Assembly: GCF_038025025.1 (NCBI RefSeq)
Contig: NW_027117346.1
Span: 1,364,001-1,428,000, forward strand
Source: Phyllosticta citribraziliensis
Lineage: Eukaryota
Direction: 5' to 3'
DNA length: 64,000 nucleotides
Shown: one piece after another, positions 48,657 through 60,969 of the stretch
How the letters are laid out: each line of letters starts with the position of its first letter
Numbering within the stretch: the first letter of the stretch is position 1
The notes under the pieces: generated by a model
What the model was told of the DNA's origin: nothing
The model's database searches: none
Seen by the model: only the letters and a program-made list of their open reading frames with translations
Made by a program: the position numbers and the translations under genes

Positions 48657-49081
48657 TCTTTTTGTTGTGGGGATTTTTTGCACGGCGTCGTGAGGCGGGT
48701 GCTCGCGGCGCGGTGCCTACCAAGTATTCCCGGGTGATGATATTGTCACAACTGGCTCTAGAAACTCCAGGACAATCAAGACGGAACAGAGAGATCGTGG
48801 CGCTTGTCAAGACTGGGACTATTTCTGTCTTGGGTGCTCTTAATACACGTATCTGGCGTCTTTGGCACATTCACCCCAGGATCCCAATTGTTGTGGTGGT
48901 GGCTGGTGACTGCGTCGAGGGAGCACTTTGAGGTGTCAACCGACACTTAAATACTTGGGGGCTTTGCCAGTCCTGTTCCGCTTTGCGGGCGCTCCGACTT
49001 TTGGTCAGAAAATTCGCCTTGGTTTCTTTTTGTTGTGGGATTTTTTGGTGCGATCCCGTGAGGCGGGTGCTCTCGGCGCGG
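48657..49081. repeat. Diverged direct repeat pair of about 57 nt (48657..48713 and 49025..49081)
   Basis: tctttttgttgtggg.attttttg...cgtgaggcgggtgctc.cggcgcgg occurs twice, 368 nt apart. Confidence 0.85.
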
Positions 49082-50191
49082 CGACGATCTCGCATCACCG
49101 GATGAGGATTGTATCCAGGGAGCATTCACGATGTCTGCAATCTTTGGGTTTTGCCAGTCTGGTCTTGCGAGTCGGTACTTATAGCGAGGTTTCTACTCTG
49201 TACTCCCAGGTAAAGTCATTCTTGCAACTGCCTCCAGCAACTCCAAGACAGAACAGATTGCGTTGTCTGTCAAAGCCGCGGCGGATTTTGTTTCGAGACA
49301 AGTGGCACGTATAGGGTACCTCAGGCAAACTCACCACGGGATCCATTGTTGAGTGCGTCCAGGGGGCATTCGTTCTGGTGGCAACATTGGAATCTTTCAC
49401 TTTTGACTTTTCCAGTCCAATCCAACAAGGCGGGAGCTCGCGCCGCACGTATGGTTCCTACCCCTTCTTGAGGGTGTGCCTGGTGTGCTTCGATGAGGCG
49501 GGCGCTTGCGCGCACGCCTACCTGCCGCCGCATAGTAGAATAAACAGAGTGCAGAGGGTGACTGGGAAAAGGAAAAGAGAAAAGACCAAAAGAAGGAAAA
49601 AAGACGGAGACGAAAAAACTACCTCTTGACACTACGGCTGCATTCAGGAAGCATTCATCTGCTACCATCAGTCACGCTGATCGGGCATTCATCCGCTGCG
49701 AAAGCTACGCCTTGGAGGCTGTCGTTTGGTGCGAAACCTACATCCAGCGAACATTGTCTCCAAGATGTCTGTCCCAAATTTTTCTGTTTGCGCAGGCGCC
49801 TTGTACCGCCGCTGCTGCCGTTGCCAGCAGCGTGCTCGTCGGGCAGATTGAACATGTCGCAGCGAAGTGGGAAATTCAAGCGGCGACGAAATAATCCTGC
49901 AGACGATGAAATGGGAACAATGCGTTTAATATGTACCAGGTATCTCTGTCGTCGAAGCTGCGTCGCGGGATGTCAGAGTAGAGTCGAAGGTCCGTGCGCA
50001 CTAGCGCGGACGCTGATTGCCCCCTTCCACGTGACCCGCGAACAACACAGCCCCCTTGGGATACCAAAGCCAGAACTATCCCTATAAATCGTATCTCATA
50101 AAAGCACTGAAGCCTCCCACATGACAAGGTATATCCCCAGTAGATGAAACATAAAGAAAGGGGGGAATCTCGCGCGCTCTCCTTGCTCCAC

Positions 50192-52177
50192 TTAAACCTT
50201 CTCAACCCTGACGTCCTCGGTGGCGACACCCTCGCGCTTGACGCGTGCCAGGTCTGCTGCGTCGTTGAGAGACATGCCCTTGCCGTCGTTGACGTCGTCG
50301 ATATCTTGGAAGCTGATTTGCGGCTTGAAGCCCTTGCTCTTCCAGGCGCAGCTGACGGTCGAGTACAATTCGTCGACCTGCTCGAGGGAGAGGTTCTTCG
50401 TCTCGTAACTGCTGGAGTATTAGTTTATATGACCAAAGAGCTTGAAAAGGGTATACATTCATCATCAGATATACAAACAGTATCGCAAAAATACAGAAGG
50501 AACCCCAGATGACTGCTTCGATTAGCGCGGAACAAGTTTATCCAAAGGGGGGCACTCACAAAACACCTTGCTCTGAAGATCTCCATACTCCTCATCTACC
50601 ATGTAGGGTGTCGCGTAAGCAACTATAACGCGTCAGTAAACGATAATAGAGCATGAAAGAATAACGTACTAGCCCAGTTGAGCAGCCAGTTGGAGGCAGT
50701 GGTCATAGAGAGACACTTGGCGCGGACCTTGAGCGAGAAGAGTTCGCCAGTAACGACCCAAGCGACAGGACCCCAGGTAGACGCAAAGAAGAAGATGTAG
50801 ATGCAGACGAAAGCAATCATGGCCCTCTGTGCCGGCAGGTTGTCGACGGAGGAGACAGTTCCGGTGATGGCGACGATGAACTGACACACGGCCATACCGA
50901 TGGCACCATAGAACAACAGGTTGCGGCGGCCCATCTTGTCAATGGCAGCAAGACCAGGGAGGGTGGACACGACGTTGACCGAGTTGGTGATGACGGTGAT
51001 AATGAAGGGGTTGTTGAAGCCGGCGTTTTGGAAGTACGAAGTACCGTAGTAGAACTGCAGAGCATAAGTAACACTTCGACACAGGTAGAGTGTATTTCAA
51101 CATACGATAAAGTTCACACCAACGAGCTGCTGCAGGGCCTGGAGAGCGCAACCAGTCAACAGACGCTTGCCAATGGTGCCCCTGAAGCACTCGAGGTAGC
51201 TAGCGGAGCCGACGCTCATCTCGTAGTGGTGGTTGGCAACAATCTCGTTGAGCTCCTCAACGACGGCTGGGTGGTTGGAGTCGAGGCGGCGCAGCTTCCC
51301 CAGAGATTTGGCCGCAGCCTCATGCTTGTCGCGCTTGACCAGGTAGCGGGGTGTCTCAGGGAGGAAGATCAGACCGCCGACGAGGACTATTGCCCACGCG
51401 AACTGCACGGCAATCGGGATGCGATAGGATCCAGAGTCGTTGCGGTCCTTGGTTGCGTTGTTGACGATGGCGGCGAGCAGGAGACCAATGGTGATGGCCA
51501 ACTGGTAAGATCCTACGATAGCGCCTCTGATCCACTTAGGAGCCGTCTCGGACTGGTACATGGGGACTGGTCGAGGTTAGACAGAAAACAAACCGGTCGA
51601 GGCAAACTTACTCATGGCAGAAATGAGACCGACACCGTAACCGGCAAAGAAACGGCCAGCAATGAACAGAGGTTGCGAGGTGGAAATGGTCTGATACGTT
51701 AGCACAGTCCCCTTGAATAATCAAGTGTACAGTACACACCTGCATAATGACACCAGCGCAGAAGACAATTGTTGTCGAAGCCATAAGACCAATGCGGCGA
51801 CCGAGGATATCGGCGCAAGGCGAAGCAGTGAGCGCGCCAAGAAACGTTCCGACGGACAAGATGGATACAATCAGGGAGTCCTCGCCCGCAGTGAGAGTGC
51901 CGTCAGATTGTGTTGAAAACAACTTGAGCCAATACTTCATGGCCAAAATTCCGGAAACTATTTTCACAATTAGGTCTACCCAGCATCAAGGACTCAAAAT
52001 GCATACTCGTTCCAGTATCGTACCCATATAATACACCGCCGAAGGCTACAAATAGGCCAATCATAATGGCTGGCCTGGTAACAGTCAGCTTGTGTAGTGG
52101 TGGTTGGTGGTGGTGGAACAAGTAACTTACCATGCCGCACCGGGCACGTCCTTTGGCTTTTCGAAACCAAAACCCAT
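50192..52177 (-). CDS. MFS sugar porter, high-affinity glucose transporter-like, many introns
   Basis: FVAFGGVLYGYDTG, DILGRR, MYQSETAPKWIRG, YRIPIAVQFAW, LPETPR, QQLVGVNF, FASTWGPVAWVVTGE, ETKNLSLEQVDELY. Confidence 0.93.
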
Positions 52178-52354
52178 AGTGACAGTGTTTCTAAAGTCAA
52201 GGAAGGTCCGGGGAAGAGAGGAGGAGTGAGATGCAAACAAAACATGGGGAGGCAGGTCAATTTTAAATCAACGGCAACAGTGGAGAAGAGACTCTAAAGC
52301 ACAGGCCTTAAGGCGAGTCCATGCAGTCATCCAACACTAGCAGCAGACGTACGT

Positions 52355-52793
52355 CTGGAGAAAGCGAGCGGGCCCGCGTGATGGTGGGTCGCCATGGTCT
52401 GTCGAGAAGGGGGCCCCGTGGAGAGTCTAGCCATCACCGTGTCCGGGGCTGAGGCCCATGCCACCACGGCCGTAGGTACAGCGCACGCGGTGTTTGAAAA
52501 TACGCAGCTAAGAAATGCAGGTAAAAAGTATGAATTGACGTCAAATAAGCAAAAGTCGTGCTAGCGGCTAAAGACGTCGAAACTACATGTTGCCTACCTT
52601 TCACCACTTTCAAATTGTGAACCGCACGACTTCTGACCGCCTGGCTGCCCCAAGCCTCGAATACCCCGGGATGGGGCCTGGGGTATCGGGCCGGGGTACT
52701 TACGCTTCTCCCCAGGTTATCTCTCGGGAGCCGAGCGACGTCGCGGCAGCGCCCAAAGAGGCAAGCTTTGGCGTCGTAGAAACGAGGACTGGG
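52355..52793. promoter_or_regulatory. Cluster of SYGGRG (CreA/Cre1-type) sites upstream of the sugar transporter
   Basis: Matches at about 52355, 52418, 52443, 52664 (-), 52678, 52691, 52710 (-) and 52788. Confidence 0.45.
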
Positions 52794-53761
52794 GGCCGCC
52801 TGACGGCCTGGGCGACGAGAGACGACATGGTGATAGGCTGGACAACGAGCCGGGCCACAATGACCAAGCGCGCGGCATTTGGAAAAGAGGCGTCCCCCGC
52901 TGGCTTGGGGAGGTCTTGGGGAGAGGAGCTGACCAGCGCGTTAGTCCCGAGTGAGAGGGTGCTCCGGCGCGATAATGCCGAGTATCGATCGGGCCGCGTC
53001 TCTGCGGATGGGTGGCGAGGTGTTGCGGCTGAGGAGCGTTCGTCAGCGGATTCTGGACCGGGCTGGCCGCAAATGGTCCTTTCGAGAAGACGCGGGGATG
53101 GCAAACGACGGAGCCTCTGTTGCCGAGAAAGGGGAATACACGACAAGGACCGCTCGGATGGACCGGGGTAATGGTGACGAAGTGATGTTGTTGCTGTTGG
53201 TCAAGCGGAGTATTCCGTCGGCCGAGCGCACAAGAAAGACTGCGGAGGAAAAACAGTGGGGATGGAGACGAACCTGGAGAAAAGCGGAACCTCAACAACA
53301 ACTCCAAGACTCTCGGCAGACGACGCTGATAACACCTCTCGCACGTCATGTTTCTGCACTGGTGTTGCATTCGCTCAACCTCAAACTCTGCCTTTGCCAG
53401 GCCACCGTTCCATCTCTTCGCCCCAGAAAATTCTTTCCTGTCCGGCCCATGTCCGCCAAACGCCACATACAAGGCACAGGTACCGCCAGCGACCAATGCC
53501 GCCCGTCAGGATGCCCGTATGACTCGGACATTGCAGCCAGAGCGGCCGTTCTCCGGCCTGGGTTGGACAGCGAGTTCGAAGCATGTCTGCGGTTGAGTAA
53601 GGAGTGCTCGCCGCACGCAAGTTGAAATCTCAAGAAAGTTGATGAGGTGGCATTGAGTCGTGTCTGTTGACCTTTTCGGTGATAGTACAAGCAAAAGATG
53701 ATCAAAACGCCTCCCATCGTCCCATCGTCAAAATTCCCAGTACGCCAGAAACCCAAACGCC

Positions 53762-54691
53762 TTACTCGTCATCTTCCTCGTCAGACTCAATGTCCTGCTC
53801 CTCATCCTCCTCCCACAAGTCGACCAACTCCTCCTGGTCGAGAGGCTGGCCCAAACCGACGGCAAGCTTCATGCCCTCTTGACCTTCGACGTCCAAGTTG
53901 AGCCATTCAAACTTCAAGTCGGCCTTCTTTTGGGGCATCTCCTCGTTGGTCAGCTTGACGCGGACCTCCCTCAGCTCCAACCCCAATACGTCCGTCTTGG
54001 TGTGCGTCGGCTTCTCAAACGCTGAATCCCTCCTCTTCATCGGCCGCATGTTCTTCGTGGCGTCGCCGCTCATATCAATGGCCTCCTCGCTGGGGTCTGA
54101 CGGCGAGCGAACCTCCTTCTCGACCTCGAGCAGGCCGTTGCCGGCATCGCGGGCAAGGGCATGGGAATACTTGGCGTTGACAACCTCCTGGACGGCGGCA
54201 ACGAAGTAGACGGGCTTGCGAGACTCGGCAGCCTTGAGCAGCCACTGCTTGGCGCCCTCGCTGGAGACAGCCTTCTCAAAGGCGTCCGTGTTGGACTTGA
54301 AGCCACGGACAGCCGCACGCTCCGCCTCGATGCTGCAAAAGCCAACGTCGGCACGCTTGGGGCGCCTCACAAGCAGCTCGCCGCCCAGCGAGCGGGCAAA
54401 GTTGCCGCTGGCCGGTGACACGGTTGCAATATCCTTGTACCAGGCAGTTGTGCGTGTGTCGTCGTAGTCGCGGTCGGAGAGAACGCCCTTGGGACGGTGC
54501 AAGGTCGGAGCAGCCGGGTTGGTGGGGTCGGTGAGGAGATCGCCCACGACATAGGTTGCAGACGGGAACGGCTTGGGAAGCAGAGCGGGACGCTTGTGAG
54601 GGAGAAGGCGGCCGGTGGGAGAGGTGGCCGAGTGGGTGGTAGGAGCCACGCTGGTGTTGACAGCCAGCGGGGTAGCAGCCATTGCACTCAT
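53762..54691 (-). CDS. Hypothetical protein with acidic C-terminus (likely start MSAMAATP)
   Basis: Strongly biased codon usage from 54691; TATATA element near 54900 with a CA-rich leader. Confidence 0.78.
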   Translation of the reverse strand: MSAMAATPLAVNTSVAPTTHSATSPTGRLLPHKRPALLPKPFPSATYVVGDLLTDPTNPAAPTLHRPKGVLSDRDYDDTRTTAWYKDIATVSPASGNFARSLGGELLVRRPKRADVGFCSIEAERAAVRGFKSNTDAFEKAVSSEGAKQWLLKAAESRKPVYFVAAVQEVVNAKYSHALARDAGNGLLEVEKEVRSPSDPSEEAIDMSGDATKNMRPMKRRDSAFEKPTHTKTDVLGLELREVRVKLTNEEMPQKKADLKFEWLNLDVEGQEGMKLAVGLGQPLDQEELVDLWEEDEEQDIESDEEDDE

Positions 54692-56781
54692 CTTGCCGGT
54701 ATTGTTGATGGTTGGTTTGGAGGAGAAGGTGGGTGGTTGGTGGACGTCAAAAGAGGATGATGTTTGGTAAGTTGATGGATTGGATGAACGACCGGCCTTG
54801 AACAACGGGGTCGACAGTGGTGGACGATGAAGCTTCGTTGTCAGTGGATGATGTATCGCAGAAACGATGAACCTTTCCAAGACTGGGAGGCCACGGTATC
54901 TATATAGCGGAGCTGTCCAGCTCAGCTCCCGGTACCTGCGGCACGCCATTGGCATTATTCGCTCACGAAGCGTGTCACCCTACCCCAGCAGGCGTGGCCA
55001 TTATTCGCCAGCGCCCCCGTGATCATCATGCCATTAATGGATCCGGTCAGGTCAGGCAGGCTGCACGGCGCCAAGTGATGCGGGGGAGCAAGACAAAGCA
55101 CGCACGCCAGAGTTAACGGAAAGCTAGGGGAGCCCAGGGGCGCCCAGTGCCTCCGCCGTCACGCCGCGCCTCAGTCTGGGGACGGCTGGAGGAGCCGTAG
55201 GAGCTTATTTTCGGGGTGCATATGGCTTGTCAGACCCTGCCGCAGCTTGAACGAGGCCATTGACGCTGTCTGGGAGGACAACGATGCTCATTGAGGTGCT
55301 GGATGGCGAGGGAGCTCCAGTTCATCGCTTCCTCATTCAGAGGCCGCAAACGGAAGGGCGGGCTGTCGCGTGATGATGTATGTGGAGTGACGGGGTGACG
55401 GGGCCTGCGCTTGCGTATAGTGCGGGGAAAGCTATGCAGGGAGCGCAGTGGACTGACATCACCCCAGTCGTACCAACACGGCTAGCGCCATCGGACCTAT
55501 GAACTTCGTCCTCATTCCCTTCGTTCCTCAGTCCTCAACCTCGATTCTTCAACGTGCATCTGCGAGGGACGACAATGACGACGTTCAGGAACGTGGCCGC
55601 CTTTGCGTCGTCATCCCTCGTCCACGTCGCTTCGTCCATTGTATCGAGAGGCGAGATCCACGTTTTGTCAAGATCCATCGATTTCTGGCTGATGTTGGCT
55701 GTAGCCATCGCCAAAGATCGTTGAGCATGTGGAGATCAATCAAGAGCTTGGATAGACCTTTTGAGTCAACTCCCCATCGTTCCGTGGATACCTCTGTCGA
55801 TCATGCGCTGGGCGCAAACAAAGCGTTTACTGGCGCACCCCTGGGCGTTGCTCGCGTGTCTGGGTGTTGCCAAGGCTATGCTGCCTTTGTTTGTGCGGGT
55901 ACCGTGGTACTTGCAGAGTGGATCAGACAGAGTTCCAACTTGGGGCTGCTGCGAAACCGGCTGCGGATCCACAACACCAATAGACCGCATGGCGAGATCG
56001 TTGGCGAGTGGGGGCAACTAAAGACGGACCACGTGGATTGAAGCAGCGATGCCGCAATGGAAATCTTCCCCCGCGTTCACCGTTCTTTGTGAGTTGTTGG
56101 CTTGGGCCTGCTTTTACGTCTGTCGCCACACATTTCACTCTAAAACACCTTTGCAAAGGCTATTTCCTCGGGAAAATCACCCAAGAGTTGATGTGAGGTC
56201 AGATTCTGTCTATACAATCTACTAAATTTGACTCAAATCTTGACCTGGAACCCGATCGAAGACGCTATCGGGCCCGACCAATTGCACGCCCACTGGTCTA
56301 TGGGAGCAGAGATGAGGTTCCAAGAGGCTCGAACAATCCTTTTGCCCATTTTGGAGAGCTCAGATGCCTGTTCAGGTAATTTCGTGAGCTGCAGGCCGAA
56401 TCCCGGTGCGAGCGTTGAATAATCTTGCAAAAAGGGGTTGGGCTCATACCTTCATTCAGTATTACGCTCAACTCGCAGCCCCGCTCGAGCTGGAGAAGAA
56501 CAGTCCGCTTGAGGAGGCCCGCAAGCGCGGACTTCAGCGAAGCGCAAGGCCCGCCTTCGCGCCACGTACCGCGCATTCGTTCGAGGTCGACGCGTCCAGA
56601 CAGTCATTGGAAATCCGAGGTGGGAGTTTGACGACATCACGTTGAAATAAATGAGACTCCCCCGGTCCGTCTGCGGCAACGAACCACGGTTTCCCAAGTG
56701 CAATTGCAGTTGTACATGAATGCTCCTTGAGCGCAGGCGTATCAGCGAGTGAATGCTCCTCAAGAGCAACCATAGGAGTGA

Positions 56782-57363
56782 ATGAACGCCCCCTGGACGC
56801 GCTTATATTGCCAGGAGGTCAACTTTCTTTCGACACCCACTGGGACACGCGCATCGAGTTGGTATGAGCAGCTCCCATCTCTCTCTCCAAGTAAGACTCA
56901 GGAGTTCCAGGCCAACTTCTCTTTCCTTATCTACCGGGCCATCTACCTACTTTGCGAGAGGTCACCAAACTACTGGGTCCCAGGCGCAGGCACCAACAAG
57001 TCGTCTGCAATCACAAGGCTAGTCGCATGCTACCTTGCCTTTATAAAACGCCAATCTGCGATACAAACCACCGCAGACTCCTTACTGCAAGGCATTCCTC
57101 AAGACGTCCAGAACATTATCGGAAATCCAGACTGGGAGTTTGACGATATGCGCTTTGTGAACCCAGTTAGTACACTCAATGCCGGGGTGTACATGCATGG
57201 ACTCGCTCAATACGCAAAGCAAGAAGGCGCAGTATGTTGGCAGCACTTGCTGCTTCGCAAAGCGCCTTTTTACTTACGATTGCGTCGCCTATGGGAAGAA
57301 AATGACCGAGAAAGGCCTTCACCACGCTCACCTCGCATCAACCGGATCCGCTGCGCATTTTAG
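56782..57363 (+). CDS. Orphan hypothetical ORF, possibly part of a larger multi-exon gene from about 56200
   Basis: 193-aa ORF with globular-like composition; no recognised domain. Confidence 0.35.
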   Translation: MNAPWTRLYCQEVNFLSTPTGTRASSWYEQLPSLSPSKTQEFQANFSFLIYRAIYLLCERSPNYWVPGAGTNKSSAITRLVACYLAFIKRQSAIQTTADSLLQGIPQDVQNIIGNPDWEFDDMRFVNPVSTLNAGVYMHGLAQYAKQEGAVCWQHLLLRKAPFYLRLRRLWEENDRERPSPRSPRINRIRCAF

Positions 57364-57923
57364 ACCCCTTGCAGTGTGGAACCCTCAAGACCTTCCGGCC
57401 CCAGTCCTACTCATCCTGACGGAAGGCATCTTCAATGGTGCTTCTCCAGACAGTATCAGACATAGGAACGCGCAACATGGTCATTTCTGATGAGATGTAC
57501 CAGTTATTCCAGGAGTGCATCTTCCCGGAGCTAGGAAACCCCCGAGAAAGCAGTCTCAACACGGCCTGGTGTTTTTACCAGGGTGTCAAATGAGGGAATT
57601 TGGAGGCCCAAGAGCGTGAGGACTGCAAGATGTGCATTAGGAAGAGAAATGCCGCATGGTGCCCTCTCGATCCGACCCAGATGTGGTGCCATGAGCGCGG
57701 TCTCAGTGCCTGCCTTAGTATGCCAGCTACAGCGTCGAACGAATGCTCCTTGGACGCCGACAGCTTCCGTTCCCACGTTGGGCGGCATTGAGTGACAGCT
57801 ACATGAACGCGGCACATCACGCCTTCTGTCATGCAGCAATGTGGCAGCGGAACAATGGCTTCGACCGCCTAGATTTCATTTTCCCCGTTTGTTACTGAAT
57901 GGCTACAGTATGTACAAGGACTA

Positions 57924-59491
57924 CTAGTCCACAAGCCCACCGACCTCCCGTGGGACAACCTTACACATGAGCCGCGGCTTTTCCCACAGCGTGTACACCT
58001 TCTGCCTGACCCAATCCCTACTCTCCTCTCGCAGCTGCAAATCAAAGCGCCAAAGCACATTTGCCGCAATGAGGCGCATCTCATGGTACGCCAAATTCTT
58101 CCCAAGACAATTGCGCGGACCGAAGCTAAACGGCTGCAGCAAGGTCTTCTCTTCGCGAGTGAAACGGTCCTCGAGCCACCGCTCGGGAATGAACTTGTCG
58201 GGCTCGTGAAAGTTGAGCGGCGAGTGGTACGCCGCCCATTGCGACACCATGACGCTGGTGCCGCCGGGCACGTGCTTGCCGCACACGATGCGGCCGCCGG
58301 GCGGGACGACGCGCGGGAGGCCGACGGGGACGGGCGGGTAGATGCGCAGGGCTTCTTCGATGCAGGCGCAGAGGTAGGGCAGCGACGCGAGGGCCGACAT
58401 GTTCATTTTGTCTGGATGGCAAAAGGCGGAGCGGATTTCGTTGGTCAGTTTGGCGTAGACGGGTGGGTTGAGCAGGAGGTGGTAGGTCAAGCCGGACAAG
58501 AGGGTTGCGGTCGTTTCGGTGCCGGCAATCATCAGTGTCGACCCGTTGGCGTGCATCTCTGGCAGAGTCATGCTCATGTTCGCCTTGGGATCCGCGCCGT
58601 GCTGGTGCCTCAAAACGAAGCCCCAAATATCAGGACGCTCGGTCTTTCGTGCGAGGCGGCGATCCACACGCTCAATGCTGTGCTGGGCGTGAATTCGGTT
58701 GCGCTCCTTCATGTTCTCGGTGACGAAGATTTTCTTCAAGAGGGTCGAAAATAGTGGGAAATTAAGCGTGATGGTGTTTCTGATGTTGTTCGTCTTGATG
58801 GTGCCAAAGACTGCAGCGACCCACGGTGTGTAGTCTGACTTTTCGAGGAGTCCCAGCGGCTCGCCAAAGGCCAGGTCTCCCATAATATCGAACGTGCAGC
58901 AGTTGAGATATCGCACCATGTCAAGTGTGGCATCCGCCGTCTTTGCGATTTCACCCATTTTTTCTGACAAGAGGTCCACATACCGCTGAATAAGAGGTTC
59001 CTGGTCACGGAGGGCGCGGTCTGAAAAGGCATGGGCAAGCAGGCGTCGCTGTCGTGCGTGGTCGGTGTCGTTTGTGCGAATAATGCTGTTTGAGCCTACA
59101 GTGTCTGGTCCGTAGAAAGACAAGTCCTTTTCAAGACCACCTCTGCCGCCAATCTTGTGTCCATAGATGTCCCGCCAGGCTTCTGCCGTAATGTAGGAAA
59201 GCTCCCTTGGTGACACTCGCACCACAGGTCCATATCTTGCGTGCAACGCGGCAACGTGTGCCGGTACTTCGCCTCGGATCCTGGCCCACGCGTACGGGAA
59301 CTTTGTCCCTGCAGAAAGCTTGGGTCCTGGATAATTGCGGAGAGGGTGAAAGTAGACATTGTAGATGAATGACCCAAGCAAATAGAGGAGCTGCAACTGT
59401 TAGCTTGGAGTAAGGAAAGTAATATTTCTCATACAAGAAGGGTGCCGGCCGCAGTAGCAGCTGTGCTTGAGAAGTAGACTGATGCCATCAT
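57924..59491 (-). CDS. Cytochrome P450, CYP65/TRI11-like, 2 exons
   Basis: YFHPLRNYPGP, HARYGPVVRVSPRELS, AGTETT, EEALR, FIPERW, heme motif PFSFGPRNCLG; intron 59391..59434. Confidence 0.95.
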
Positions 59492-60137
59492 GGGAGTTGG
59501 AACATGTGGTCGTGGCGCTGTTCCGTGGATGTTGGTGTCTCGAGCTATGGTTGTGAGTGAATGTTCCCTGGGCGCGACTGTGGTGGAAGTTGACAGCTCC
59601 CTAGGCCGAGACTTGTGGTATTGAATACTCTGCTGAAGGCCTTGATCTGACATGAACTGGAAGTTGTCCGATTGAAACAAAAAATGCTGATAACCAGACG
59701 ATTTTATATGTTGGAATGTTCGGCGATGCCTTCCGCCAGTTATTTCGCACTCGGAACAGAGCAAATCATGGCTCCCTATTTGTGTAGTTGAGCGGATGAT
59801 CTGCAGCCCTCCATGCAGGCGGACCCATGTCACCAACGGCGAGAGGATCAAGCTTCGTTTGACCAAGCTTTTGAACGGCTTACGGCGCTTGCGCAACCCG
59901 GGTAACGGTTCGCCCTTCAAGAACCCGAAGTAGTCCGAGGTCAAATGTTTGGTTCTTACGCACCCTCCTTAAAGCGGCTAATCGGCACAACCGTTGCATA
60001 ATGTGCGGGGTCTCATTTGGCGATCGAGTGGAGACCTCAGAAAACTGGAGAAGATGCATCTTGAGTATTGTTCTCTGGACACTGATTTTAAGACCGAGGC
60101 CGAAAGGCGAAACACATACTGCATGAGGTCAGGTCAT

Positions 60138-60969
60138 TCAGACAGCTGGGGCACCACTGGGTTGGAAACCTGGGGACAGTGTCCATCTTGAGCAACGATG
60201 AGCCAAATTGACCGCAGGATAGGGCACGCGTGCTGCTTCTAGGCCAGTGTTTGTCCCTGATCTCTGCATATTCCACGGGACCCGGAAGAGAGTGCGATCC
60301 GAGATTATCGTCACCCCTTTCGTCATGGCCTGTTTGAGCTCTTTGTGTTGATGGCGGATGACAGCTCCCTGAACGCGACTGTGGCAGTGATCGAATGCTC
60401 CCTTGATGCAGCTCTGGTCGGTGTGCTTGCTCTCCGGTCCGCTTTCTACCAACGGCTTGCGTGGCGGATTCAACAAGGCTTACTGGGCTGCGGGGAACAG
60501 GGTCATGAGCCGCTGGTCGCGCGCCGGTCCATGTTGCCGAGCAGTCACTTTTGACTCGAGATGGTCTTATCATATACTGGATTTTGGCGTGCTTGTTCCA
60601 AAGACTGAATGATGTACAAGTTAGCTCAGGATGTGGCTTGGGGAAGGACTCGCTTACTCTTGGCAGGGCATCTACTAAGCGTCGAGCGTCTTCGCAGACT
60701 GATTGATTGAGTGGTTTCGCCTTGTTGTTCAACTCTTCTACTCTTACTCTTTGATGTTTGATTAGCGGAAACACCTGGAGGCTAGCATTGTCAAGGATGG
60801 TCCTCAAATCAATTAGCCTGCCCACAAAAGTCAGGAACTCCGCTGAGACGGCCCAGCAGTGCTGCATTCCCTCGGTAAGCCCCAGCACAATATGAGCTTG
60901 CACGGAGCCGGTTCGTGCACCGGTCAGGCCAACACTGCCCAAATCTAGGCCTTTTCTGGGCCACACCAT
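60138..60969 (-). other. Possible orphan gene or gene remnant with a canonical intron
   Basis: GTAAGC..GCTAAC..CAG intron at 60605..60657 inside a 293-aa ORF; the spliced frame stops 20 codons later. Confidence 0.3.

Noticed and set aside
50144..51702. + strand ORFs of 122 and 224 aa
   Set aside because: Antisense to the sugar transporter exons
52587..53625. 194-259 aa ORFs on both strands
   Set aside because: Promoter region of the transporter; low-information translations
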